Source of the DNA: Microcoleus sp.
GTDB taxonomy: Bacteria; Cyanobacteriota; Cyanobacteriia; Cyanobacteriales; Microcoleaceae
NCBI GenBank assembly: GCA_042408215.1
Contig: JAYFMW010000030.1
Coordinates: 384,001-448,000 of the forward strand
DNA: 64,000 nt
Direction: 5' to 3'
This document shows positions 47,032 to 57,245 of the stretch, piece by piece. The position numbers and the translations under genes were made by a program. The notes under the pieces are model-generated. The model was not told the origin of the DNA, searched no databases, and saw nothing but the letters and a program-made list of their open reading frames with translations. How positions within the stretch are numbered: the first letter of the stretch is position 1; the number at the start of each line of letters is the position of its first letter.

Positions 47032-48300
47032 TTACTTTGGCAAAGGCTCCAATAGTCGATCGGAATGACTAGCTGCAACCGCCGCAAATAAAGCCTCATA
47101 ATGATTCAAAGCTTCTTCAAATCCATAATTCTCAACAGCATAACTTCTGCCTTGCAAACCCAACATATCCACCTTAGCAGGATGCAAATACAAATCTTCA
47201 ACCCCATCAGCTAGAGCTTGCGGATCTTCCGGCGGCACCACCACCCCGCCGCCACTTTGCAGCACTGCTTTATGGGCAGTACCAGTTTCAGGAACCGAAG
47301 CCAAAATAGCCCGGCCGCTGGCGAGAATTACTTGAATTTTTGAAGGCATATTGAAGTTAGTAACGCGGCGCTTTTGTACCACCAAGCTAACATCAGCAGC
47401 AGCTAGCATTTCTGGTAATTTTTCTCGCGGTTCAAAGGGCAGCAACATCACATTAGTCGCTTTGTAAGTTTTACAATCTTTTTGCAAGCGCGCCAGTGCA
47501 GTTGATTCTCCGACAATTACAAAAGCGATTTCGGGTATGTGTTTTAAACGAGCCGCAGCTTTGACAACAGTTTGCAGGCCTTGAGTGAGGGCAATATTGC
47601 CCGCATAAAGAACGACAAATTTGCCCTGGAGATTGTGAGTTTCGCGAAAGGAGTTATTTTCCTTCGGTAAAGGGCGGATGAAATTCACATCCACCCAATT
47701 GGGAACGCAAGCTATTTTTTCCGGGGGTACTCCCTGAGAGTGCAATTTTTTGACAAAACCGCCGTCGATGACGCTAACTTGGCTCGCAGTTTGGTATGCA
47801 AATTTTTCTAAAGCGTCAGCAATCCGAATTAGGATTCCGTTTTTTTTCACTAAGCCGACGCGCACGGCTGCTTCTGAGACAATATCCTGAACGTTGAGGA
47901 CGATCGGGCAACCGCGAATCCAGCCGTAGAGGGCCACTGGGACGCAAATCGGCAATGGGGGCATGGTTGAGAAAATCACGTCGGGACGCCAGCCTCTGAA
48001 GGCTTGGACGGCGCTGGAGGCGACAAAGCTGCCGTCTAGCAGCAGTCTGTCTAGGAGGCTGGGGTGGGGGCCGTTGACGCGCAGGTAGCTGCGCTGAATG
48101 GTGACGCCTTGGTGTTCTTCGGTAAGGTAGAATTTGCCCCGATATTTTTCATAAATCCGGCGCTGGGGATAGTTGGGCATTCCTGTGACGACTCGAACTT
48201 GATGACCACGCTTGACTAGGCCCTGGGCTAGTTCTGTCATCAGGGGAGCAATGCCGATCGGCTCTGGGTAGTAGTTATAGGAATAAATCAGAATACGCAT
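47032..48300 (-). CDS. GT4 glycosyltransferase (WcaI-like)
   Basis: MRILIYSYNYYPEPIGIA, TGMPNYP, VPNWVD, YAGNI, MPSKI. Confidence 0.9.
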   Translation of the reverse strand: MRILIYSYNYYPEPIGIAPLMTELAQGLVKRGHQVRVVTGMPNYPQRRIYEKYRGKFYLTEEHQGVTIQRSYLRVNGPHPSLLDRLLLDGSFVASSAVQAFRGWRPDVIFSTMPPLPICVPVALYGWIRGCPIVLNVQDIVSEAAVRVGLVKKNGILIRIADALEKFAYQTASQVSVIDGGFVKKLHSQGVPPEKIACVPNWVDVNFIRPLPKENNSFRETHNLQGKFVVLYAGNIALTQGLQTVVKAAARLKHIPEIAFVIVGESTALARLQKDCKTYKATNVMLLPFEPREKLPEMLAAADVSLVVQKRRVTNFNMPSKIQVILASGRAILASVPETGTAHKAVLQSGGGVVVPPEDPQALADGVEDLYLHPAKVDMLGLQGRSYAVENYGFEEALNHYEALFAAVAASHSDRLLEPLPK

Positions 48301-48462
48301 AATATTTAGTTTGAAGCAAATTTTCCTGTCTCGCACGGGATCGAAGCAACACCCTGTTAATTGCCGGGGATTTGGTTGGCTTCCAGGCAACGCAGCAAGG
48401 GGCGGCGTCGATACCTGAGACGCGGGAAAAAGTCGCCCTCTGCGGTTTGAAACCTCCCGCCC

Positions 48463-48900
48463 TCACATAATATTTTTACGCATTAGCAGGCAGTTGCGGG
48501 AGTCGTCTGTACGGTTATAGTACAGCTCGTCTGTGAGCTGGTGCATGAATACCAGCCCCCTTTCTCCTTCTCTGTCCAAGGGATCGCGCTGCTCTTCCAT
48601 GATCGAGTGCAGCTTTGCTTCCAAGTCAAAGGGTTGACCCCTGTCCCAAATCTTGATTTCTAAGTAACTGGCAAACACTTTGACCTCAAGGTCGATGGGG
48701 GTCGCTCTGGGTAAGTTCTGGTGAGCGTGGCGGACAACGTTTGTAAAGCCTTCGTTGACAATCAGTTGACACTGCCACCACAAATCCCCAGGTAGCAGCG
48801 GCAAAACGATATTTTCCAACCATTCCAAAACTTCTGTTAAAGCCTTCATGTCTGTTTCAACCTGAAGGTGCGACTCGGCCTTTGGTTGCTTGTCTTTCAT
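48463..48900 (-). CDS. RsbW-like anti-sigma Ser kinase
   Basis: EGFTNVVRHAH, IWDRGQPFD, ERGL. Confidence 0.85.
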   Translation of the reverse strand: MKDKQPKAESHLQVETDMKALTEVLEWLENIVLPLLPGDLWWQCQLIVNEGFTNVVRHAHQNLPRATPIDLEVKVFASYLEIKIWDRGQPFDLEAKLHSIMEEQRDPLDREGERGLVFMHQLTDELYYNRTDDSRNCLLMRKNIM

Positions 48901-48904
48901 TAAT

Positions 48905-49903
48905 CTATACAGCGCCACTATTTTTCTGAAACAGGATGGTTACGGTTTTAACAATTAGTTTCAGGTCATACATCAGGCTCCAGTTTTGTTGGTATTTTAA
49001 GTCGAGGCGGATGACATCTTCAAAGTCGCGCACTTGAGAGCGGCCGTTGACTTGCCATTCGCCGGTCATCCCGGGCTTGACATCCAAACGCTGCCACTGG
49101 GGTACTTCGTAGCGCTCCACTTCGTCTGGGGTAGGTGGTCTGGTGCCCACTAGACTCATTTCGCCTTTGAGTACGTTCCAAAACTGCGGCAGTTCGTCGA
49201 GACTGGTTTTGCGTAAAATCTGCCCGACTTTGGTAATCCGGGGGTCGTTGTCATTTTTGAAAAATGCGCCGGAGGCTTGGTTTTTGATTTGGGATTTGAG
49301 GGCTTCGGCGTTGGTACACATCGATCGAAATTTCCAAATCCGAAACTTTTTTCCCATCCAGCCGCAGCGGGTTTGAGCGAAAAAGATCGGGCCGGGATCG
49401 TTGATTGTGATGGCTGCGACTATGGGTATGAACAATATTCCTGTAATTATCAAACCGACTATTGCCCCGACGATATCTATGAGCCGTTTCACCCACGATC
49501 GCACTGAGGGGTGGGTCATGGGTAGCTGATTGTCCGCTCGGTTGGTCTCTTTCGGGGCGGAGGTTGCAGAGGGCTGCTCGATCGTCAGCACTTGATCTAG
49601 GCTGGTAAGAGCAAATACTGCCATCACCTGTGGCTTGAGGCTTCGGAGCACTAAGTCGCTGCCCCGCTGTTTGGCAAATTTGAGATTGCCGACGAGGGCA
49701 CCGATCCCGCTACTGTCTATGAACGTGGTCTGACTGAAGTCTAGGACAATTTTACTGGGAACGGTGCTTCCAGAGAAAAGTTGCTGGCAGGTTGTCTTGA
49801 AGTTTACCGCTTCAAGTACGCTTAAGCGCACGGGGATGTGAACCGAGGGAATCTCGTCCAAATATGTTACCCGAAAATCTGCCTCTGGGGTTTGACTGAC
49901 CAT
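48905..49903 (-). CDS. STAS domain fused to a priming sugar transferase (Bac_transf, WcaJ/ExoY-like)
   Basis: LDFSQTTFIDSSGIGAL (STAS), KRLIDI, KFRSM, DPRITKVG, SLDELPQ, MSLVGTRP, KPGMTG.WQV.GR. Confidence 0.92.
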   Translation of the reverse strand: MVSQTPEADFRVTYLDEIPSVHIPVRLSVLEAVNFKTTCQQLFSGSTVPSKIVLDFSQTTFIDSSGIGALVGNLKFAKQRGSDLVLRSLKPQVMAVFALTSLDQVLTIEQPSATSAPKETNRADNQLPMTHPSVRSWVKRLIDIVGAIVGLIITGILFIPIVAAITINDPGPIFFAQTRCGWMGKKFRIWKFRSMCTNAEALKSQIKNQASGAFFKNDNDPRITKVGQILRKTSLDELPQFWNVLKGEMSLVGTRPPTPDEVERYEVPQWQRLDVKPGMTGEWQVNGRSQVRDFEDVIRLDLKYQQNWSLMYDLKLIVKTVTILFQKNSGAV

Positions 49904-50195
49904 GAAGTCCTGGTTTCAAATTTCAAGCTGATGTATCTAGCTTATTCTGTCCTAGCCGAGCGATTTTTACCAAACATTATTGTTAACACAAGGCCAGCTT
50001 TATACAAACTTTATATTTTAACAGGTCAACCGATCGATGGTTTAGGTATCAATCTGCTTGCCAACTAGGAGATGTCGAAGGATCAACAGTGCCTAGTTGA
50101 CATCTTCCCACCGATGAGTCGGAATACCGACTCTGAGGGGGATGCCCAAGATTACTCCTGAGAATTGCTGCTGCGACGAGACAACTTACGAGAGC

Positions 50196-50864
50196 TTACG
50201 AATTGTAGACGTTCTCTGACTGGGAAGTTTCGCGCTCCAGGGGTTTGACTTTGGCCTTGGCTTTGGCTGCGTTGCGTTTGAGGGCTTGGAGACGGGCTTC
50301 GTACTTGGCTCGCTGCTGCTTTTTGGAGGTTTGCTCGATCAGGGTTTTTAAGGCGCTACCGAGGCTTTTATAGGCGTTTGGGAGAGTGTAGCCGAAGCGG
50401 GTGGCGAGGGCGAGGGCTTTTTCGTCCGCGTCTACTGCTTCTTTTAAACTTTTTTCTCCGTTGTTTTTCTGGTACAGCCTCCAGCCGGAGATGCCACATA
50501 GGGATAGGGCTAGTACCAGCAGCAAGCCGTCTTGCACCCAAAGTTCGCCGACTGCGCCACCTAAACCGATGGCGAGGGCAGCCATTTCCCAGCCGTCTCT
50601 GGGGATGGTGTCGTTTTGGATTCTGGCGACTTCGTGCCAAAACAGGAGATTGCGCTGATCCATTGCTAGTTGTTCCCAGCGGATCAGGTCTATTTGTATT
50701 TCTACTTGATCTTTGCCGATTTCTTCGCTGCGGATCAAGGTGGGATTAACTTCTATGGTTTTTTCTACTGTTACCCAACTTTGTAGTTCTGGTGGCAGTA
50801 TATTTTTCAAGCGCCGGATTTCACTCATTTCGGCTCTTGCTGTGGAGGTTGCATAGGATGTCAT
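50196..50864 (-). CDS. DUF3318-like cyanobacterial membrane protein
   Basis: EIRRLK..LPPELQSWV, DQRNLLFWHEVARIQ, GWEMAALAIGLGG. Confidence 0.75.
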   Translation of the reverse strand: MTSYATSTARAEMSEIRRLKNILPPELQSWVTVEKTIEVNPTLIRSEEIGKDQVEIQIDLIRWEQLAMDQRNLLFWHEVARIQNDTIPRDGWEMAALAIGLGGAVGELWVQDGLLLVLALSLCGISGWRLYQKNNGEKSLKEAVDADEKALALATRFGYTLPNAYKSLGSALKTLIEQTSKKQQRAKYEARLQALKRNAAKAKAKVKPLERETSQSENVYNS

Positions 50865-51134
50865 AGCTCCGGCCTGAAATTTTTCAAAGGGTTAATTGCT
50901 TCTATATTCTGAAGTATAGCAAACCTTTTGGGCCTTGTATTCGAGTATGGTCGCGAATATTCCCCAGCCCGCATCACCCGATCGACTGACCTAGGTTATA
51001 ATTCTTAATGATTTTCTGGGCTGCTAGATGCTCAACGCAGAATTAAAACAGGGGGTCGATCGAGCTTTACTGAAAATTTTACTCGCAAAGGGCGATCGAC
51101 ACTACCTACCTACAGACCTCTTTTCTTGTTACTT

Positions 51135-52761
51135 TTACATAAACGGCTGAATTTCTTGTCGCAATTTCAACCAAGCTGACAAAACTTCTGGCTTAGAAGT
51201 TATACCTTTTTGGATCAAAACCACTCCATCTAACACTTGAGCAACTCCGTAAGTTCCCTGTCGCAGAGCTGCGTCTGCAAAACGTACTCCCCCCCTAACT
51301 CTACCTCGATCGACCGGAGCTTTTAAATTATTCTGCTGCAACTGCCACAAATCTAGCAATCCATAATCAACATCGACTGTTTTTCCATTTTCATCTTTCA
51401 TCTGCATCACTTCTAAACGAATTATGTTCCGGCGCCCGGAGAGGTGGGGAACTATGTAACCGCTGGTGGAAATGCTCGCATCTTTTGGAATCGAATTAAA
51501 AACTGTTTTTAAGTCAGCCGCGTGTTCCAATTGAGCGCTTAAAGATTGATAAACCCAAGGTTGGATGGAGTAAGGAGAAATGAAATACAAAGCTCGATGC
51601 GGATTAGAAGTGTAGGTCAGCAGTATTGACAAACCGATACACCCAATCCAGAAGCGGTGCAGCCTGGGTTTAAATTTTTCTTGATGTTGTGACCACCACA
51701 GTATTGTACCGTAAAATAAGCCGGGAATTACAGCTAAGGTGTAGCGAGTATTGATTGAAGTAGCAGACTGATTAAAAACTTGCAGCAGTAGAACCGACAA
51801 AGGAAAAATTGTCATGATCCAGGCGCTAGGAGTAATCACTGGTACAAATGCTAGCGGCAACCAATGACCTAAAAGGTATAAAATGCGTTTGCTGAAGTTG
51901 GTGAACAATACTTGAATTATGATCTGAGGTTGGCTGATAATCGCCCAGAGCAGTTCTAGAGTTGAGGGAGTTTCTGTTTTGACAAATTGCCTAAAGTAAT
52001 TAGCTAAGTACAGTCTGGAACTATCAACCGAAAACATCGGCATGACTGTATTAGTTATCAGCGTGACGTAGCTGAAGCTGACGGCGCACAAAGCTACACC
52101 AGTGCGTGGGTAACGGCGGCTGAAAATTAAATATACTCCGATTCCGAATAAGGTAATTCCCGCATCTTCGCGAGTTCCTAAAGTTAAAGCTGCGAAAATC
52201 CAAAATAACACCCAACGCTGCTTTTCTAATGCTAAAAGCAAGCTAAATACAAATAAAGGAATTTGGCAGTGTTCGTAGAAATTGCCCAGCGTCGGCCCGA
52301 TGACACCATTGGCTCCATAATAGCTAGCTACTATCATTACTGACATGGGAACAGACAGATAGTGTCTTGCTAAAAAATATAAAACTATTCCCGCAGCAGC
52401 GATTAAAGTTACTTGCAATACAATCAGCGTAACAGGAGTATGGAAATAGGGCATAAAGTGGCATCCAAAGTAAAAAATCAATGACAAAGTGTTGCCCTAA
52501 GTGGACGTAGGATGGATAGGACAGTTGTCTGTCCATCAGCGAGGCGCTGGAGGCGGCTGAGGAGAGGGAACTTTGAAATAGTTTACCTTGTACGCTGTTC
52601 CAAAATACTTGGTTAAATAGGCCGTGGTCGTAGGTGATTAAAAAGCTCTCGTAGTGGATTATACTAAAAGCTAAGACTACTGTAAAAAAAGTGGCTGCTA
52701 TGATTATAACTTGACGCAATCCTGTTTTATTTTGCCAGTAGTCGAGAGGTTTGAATTTCAT
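51135..52761 (-). pseudogene. DUF2079-like membrane glycosyltransferase, frameshifted near 52440
   Basis: The N-terminal frame (YDHGLFNQVFWN..HLGQHF..WMPLYALFP) continues as TPVTLIVLQV in another frame after one extra base. Confidence 0.75.
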
Positions 52762-52790
52762 AATTTTTGGCGGAATCAGATAATTTTTAG

Positions 52791-53567
52791 CTAAGGTGAA
52801 CTGAAGTTCTTCTGAAAGTCGGAAATAGAAATAAATTTTCCTTGGTTTTTCAGCCAAGTCAGATATTTTTCTAATTTGTTAACCATTTTGCTACCTGAGT
52901 CTTTTTTGACGTAACCGGGGAGTTGAAACTGGGAAATATCGGTGAATTCCCAGGGGTGAAAGTAAATGTTCAGATACGAGTCTGTTTCTAAGGTGAGCTT
53001 GGCTGCTAATTGTATCATTGACAGGGGGAAATTCTTAAAGCTCAGCCAAAATAGGGGAAATCGGATCAGAGGAGTAACTGAAATAGGAAGGTTGAGCAGT
53101 TTATTCGTATAATATGCAGTTCTAGGTTTAGATAGGTTGTTGTATCGACCGGGGATGTAGGTTGGATTCATGGATGAGTTGTATTCATAGCCTGCTTTTT
53201 CTATTTCTGCGTCGTCAACTGGCTGAAGTCGGGCCATCCTGAAGCCGGTGACTTTAGTGTTAGTTATAGATTCTAAGGTTTGCTTGGATTTTTGTAAATC
53301 ATCCGGGCAAAATTGGGAGTGGTAAAAGCCGTGGGAGGCAATTTCATGTTGTTCTGAAAGTTGCTTAATTATCTCTCGGTTGTGGAGTGCAAAGTTCGCA
53401 GTCACAAAAAATGTAGCAGTGATTTCTAATCTTTCCAGCAGTGAAATAACATTTAACAAGCCTCTTTTAGAGACTGCAAATTTGATGTCTTCTGCCAGCG
53501 GTTGACCGTATTCTTCGGGAATGTCAAATTCTTCTATATCAAAGCTCAACAAAATGTATTTATTCAT
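52791..53567 (-). CDS. Polysaccharide deacetylase (NodB/DUF3473-like)
   Basis: SFDIEE, ATFF, HEIASHG, GFRMAR, YFHPWE. Confidence 0.88.
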   Translation of the reverse strand: MNKYILLSFDIEEFDIPEEYGQPLAEDIKFAVSKRGLLNVISLLERLEITATFFVTANFALHNREIIKQLSEQHEIASHGFYHSQFCPDDLQKSKQTLESITNTKVTGFRMARLQPVDDAEIEKAGYEYNSSMNPTYIPGRYNNLSKPRTAYYTNKLLNLPISVTPLIRFPLFWLSFKNFPLSMIQLAAKLTLETDSYLNIYFHPWEFTDISQFQLPGYVKKDSGSKMVNKLEKYLTWLKNQGKFISISDFQKNFSSP

Positions 53568-54288
53568 AGTTTCCAGCCCGATTATTAGAGCGAATCTTTA
53601 ACAAGCATGAGAGCATTTGTAGAGAATCTTTAACTATATTTACTTGGGAAGCTTTGTATAAGTGTTGTTCGGAAATTCTGGCAGGAATTTCGCCGATTGT
53701 ATATCCTTTCTTTTGGGCTAAAAAAAGTAGTTCTGCATCAAAGGAAAATCCAGTGATTGTCTGCTGCTTGAAGAGTTATTGGCCAGGGATTTTCTTAAAT
53801 CCTTTGAGTCCAGCCTGCATATCTCTATAGGGCAGATTGAGAATTTTTCGCGAAAGAAAGTTAAATATCTTGCCTGAGATTTTTCTAATTAAGGTAAGAT
53901 TGCGGAAGTTGTCTTGATCGAGGTTTCTGCAACCAATTACCACGTCAAATTCTTCTAATTTTGCTACTAATGGTTCGAGGTGTTCGAGGGAGTAAGCTAA
54001 GTCGCCATCCATGAAGCAAATGCAGTCAGCATCTACATATTCGCTGCCTTTTTTGACGGCATAACCTTTGCCTTGGCGATGACTGTAAGAAATTAGTTTG
54101 ATATGATGTGTGGGGAAGGTTTTTAGTTTATTTTCGATAATTTGCAGTGTATCGTCTGTCGATCCGTCATTGACAATGATAAAATTGTAAGCGTGATTTC
54201 TTTGAGAATATTCTAAAATTCTGTCAAAAGTTTGCTCTATGCAATTTGCTTCGTTGTAAACAGGCAGAATTACTGCAATTTTCATCAT
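53560..54288 (-). pseudogene. GT2 polyprenyl-phosphate glycosyltransferase with an in-frame TAA at 53776-53778
   Basis: ILPVYNE, VNDGSTD, GKGYAV, MDGDL, DMQAGLKGF. After the stop the frame continues as LFKQQTITGFSFDAELLFLAQKKGY..EIP to a stop overlapping the next ATG. Confidence 0.85.
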
Positions 54289-54575
54289 TGTTATTGGCTG
54301 GGACTTTCGCAGGGGTTATGCTACCACTTCGGGGAGAAAATCACAAGTACAAAAATTACAGGGAAAACTTGGGGCGAGAAATAGTGATTGTCAACTGTGG
54401 GCTTGGGTTTGCAGGAGCGGTGCGATCGCCTAAACTGTATCATGCAGGACTTGACCTAGCTCATTTTTACCTAAAATAAGGGCGATCGATCTACAATCTA
54501 GATACAAACGCAACCTTGCCAAAAAATCCTCACCCTTCTAGCTAAGTTCTTTACCTCATTAGGTCGTAATTGTCA

Positions 54576-55517
54576 ATGGTAAATTTTTTAGTTGATAAAT
54601 TGCCTGAGTATTTTCAGCCCATTACCATCCGAAAAAAACGCATCATTAGCTTTTTGCTAGCATTCCTCCTAACTTTAATTAGTTCTCAAGTAATCTTAGA
54701 AATCATCACAGTTGAAATTCCGATTTTCGGGTTTCACGATATTGTTGACATTCAGAATCCCCAAGAAATACCACCGCAGCGCAGAGACTTTCCCGGCGAC
54801 TACAGCCAGCAAAACTTAGAACCTTTTTTAGAGTATTTAGTTGCCAATAACTATTGGTTTTTGTCAACCCAAGATTTTGACGATTACTTCTTAGCAAAAC
54901 CCAAGAAAATAGTACCCGCTGAATATCGCGATCGCCCAAAAGTCATGATTAGTTTTGACGACGGAAATAAAAGCATTTATACACATTTACTACCTATTTT
55001 AGAAAAACTAGAAAATAAGTACAGCCAAAAAATTAAAGTAGTTGTCTTTGTCAACTCCGGCTTTTTAGGTCGTCCAGATTCACTCATAAAAAAAGTCAAT
55101 TGTCAAGACTTGAGAGATGGATTTCAAAAAGGTTTTTATGATATTCAATCTCACGGACTGAATCATGAAAATTTAACAAAAATTTCCATTAAAGCTTTAG
55201 ACAGAGAGTTAGCTGAAGATCGAATTAGATTGAGAAAATGCACCCAAGATTTAGACCCAAATCAAAGAGTTGCCTCTCACATAGCCTACCCCTTTGGCGC
55301 TGTCAACAAACAAGTTGACAAATCTGTTGCCAAATACTACTCATCAGGATACTTATACGACAGCTTAAAATTCAAACTCCGCTTTTTTCCACCCAATAAA
55401 TACCGAATTTCGCGGTTGACAGTTAACAGCAAACACTCAACAAAAAGACTAATCCGCCTAGCATCAGGCAACTGGCTGCACAAAATAGTTGGCAAATCAG
55501 CTCCCAAGATTCTATAA
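54576..55517 (+). CDS. Membrane-anchored polysaccharide deacetylase (IcaB/PgaB-like)
   Basis: N-terminal TM helix, IPIFGFH, ISFDDG, IQSHG..H, IAYPFG. Confidence 0.85.
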   Translation: MVNFLVDKLPEYFQPITIRKKRIISFLLAFLLTLISSQVILEIITVEIPIFGFHDIVDIQNPQEIPPQRRDFPGDYSQQNLEPFLEYLVANNYWFLSTQDFDDYFLAKPKKIVPAEYRDRPKVMISFDDGNKSIYTHLLPILEKLENKYSQKIKVVVFVNSGFLGRPDSLIKKVNCQDLRDGFQKGFYDIQSHGLNHENLTKISIKALDRELAEDRIRLRKCTQDLDPNQRVASHIAYPFGAVNKQVDKSVAKYYSSGYLYDSLKFKLRFFPPNKYRISRLTVNSKHSTKRLIRLASGNWLHKIVGKSAPKIL

Positions 55518-55574
55518 TTATTAAATAAAGAATTGGTGAGTGCATTGGAATCGATAATATCACGGTAACAACAC

Positions 55575-57023
55575 ATGGTAAACAACGAAAATATTGTCGC
55601 GGATGCAGCAGTTTCCAAACGCGCAGACGCACTGGATGCCCTGCGCGGATTAGCAGTTTTGGCGATGGTTTTATCCGGTACAATAGCCCGCAAAACATTG
55701 CCTGCATGGATGTATCACGCCCAAGAACCGCCACCCATCCATGCCTTCAATCCTCAACTAGCTGGATTAACTTGGGTTGATTTAGTTTTTCCCTTCTTCT
55801 TGTTTGCAATGGGTGCCGCTATACCCCTAGCTTTGTCACGCCGCATCGCCAAAGGATGGGATCTAAAAAAAGTTATTGGTTCTATTTTAATCCGAGGGTT
55901 TCTATTAGGTTCATTTGCGATATTTCTCCAGCATATTCGACCAACTGTCATCGACCCTAACGAACCGGGCCCGCACAAATGGTGGCTAGCTATCTGTGGC
56001 TTTTTAATCCTATTTTTCATGTTCGTTCGCTGGCCAACTAAGAAGTTTTCCTGGTTGCGAACAGCTATAACCGTTGCTGCTTGGAGTGCTGGGGTTGGCT
56101 TCGTATCTCGCATCAAATATCCCAACGGAATTGGATTTGATGTTAACCGCAGCGATATTATCTTGATTGTGCTTGCTAATATGGCTGTTTTCGGCTCGAT
56201 AATTTGGCTGTTTACTCGTTCAAATACGTGGTTGCGAGTGGGATTTTTGGGCTTTGTATTCGCGATGCGACTCGCATCTCATACAGATGGTTGGATTAAA
56301 TTAATTTGGTCAGCCTCTCCTGCACCTTGGATTTTTCAATTTGATTATTTGAAGTATTTGTTTATTCTGATTCCCGGTACTATTGTCGGGGATTTACTGG
56401 GTCGGTGGATACAGTATTATTCCCCAGAAGAGGCGAGGGATTCTAACTGGAAGAGTCGGCGCTATTTCAGCATTATGATTTTGATGTTGGCTGTCAATTT
56501 AGTTTTGTTGGTTGGGCTGCAAGCTAGATTGGTATGGCAGACTTCGCTAGTGACTTTTGTGCTGTGTTTGTGCGGTTTAGTTTTGTTGAGAAATCCCGGC
56601 AATGTCACGGAAAATTTATTAAACCGCCTTTACAAATGGGGATTTTATTGGCTGGTTTTGGGTTTGCTATTTGAGCCTTATGAAGGCGGAATCAAGAAAG
56701 ATTCGGCAACTATGAGTTACTTTTTTGTAACGACTGGAATGGCGATTTTTATGTTAATTGGGTTGACGATAATTATCGACGTGTTTCAAAAAAGATGGTG
56801 GTTGCAGTTGTTTATTGATAACGGGGTGAATCCGATGATTGGCTACGTGGGATTTGCGAATATTGTGTGGCCGATTCTGGTTTTAAATAAATGGGAACCG
56901 GTGATTATAGAAATGACTTCAACTGATCCGTTTATGGGTTTTTTGAGGGGGTTTGGATATACGGCGATTGTGGCGTTAATTGTGGTGGTGTTTACGAGGT
57001 TTAAATTGTTTTTGAGGACGTGA
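55575..57023 (+). CDS. DUF5009/HGSNAT-like multi-pass membrane protein
   Basis: RADALDALRGLA, WMYHAQ, LTWVDLVFPFFLF.MG.AIP, GGIKKD. Confidence 0.8.
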   Translation: MVNNENIVADAAVSKRADALDALRGLAVLAMVLSGTIARKTLPAWMYHAQEPPPIHAFNPQLAGLTWVDLVFPFFLFAMGAAIPLALSRRIAKGWDLKKVIGSILIRGFLLGSFAIFLQHIRPTVIDPNEPGPHKWWLAICGFLILFFMFVRWPTKKFSWLRTAITVAAWSAGVGFVSRIKYPNGIGFDVNRSDIILIVLANMAVFGSIIWLFTRSNTWLRVGFLGFVFAMRLASHTDGWIKLIWSASPAPWIFQFDYLKYLFILIPGTIVGDLLGRWIQYYSPEEARDSNWKSRRYFSIMILMLAVNLVLLVGLQARLVWQTSLVTFVLCLCGLVLLRNPGNVTENLLNRLYKWGFYWLVLGLLFEPYEGGIKKDSATMSYFFVTTGMAIFMLIGLTIIIDVFQKRWWLQLFIDNGVNPMIGYVGFANIVWPILVLNKWEPVIIEMTSTDPFMGFLRGFGYTAIVALIVVVFTRFKLFLRT

Positions 57024-57245
57024 GATAATTAAAGGGAAAGTTTATCTTCACGTCTTGTATCGGAATGATTTAACCGCAGAGAACACAGAGGACACAGAGG
57101 GAGAGAATAGATATCTGAATAATTCCGATGAAGAAAGGATTTGATATGACGGACTCCGACAGAGAAACCGGGTTTTTACCGAATCTGCGAGTAAAAACGG
57201 AGTATTTTCGTAAAAAACCCGGTTTCTGAACCCCGTGCGTAACTC

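Noticed and set aside
50060..50165. Hairpins upstream of the STAS-transferase operon as a riboswitch or ncRNA
   Set aside because: Stems exist (e.g. GAGTCGG-AATA-CCGACTC) but match no motif I recognise; they may be only a terminator region.
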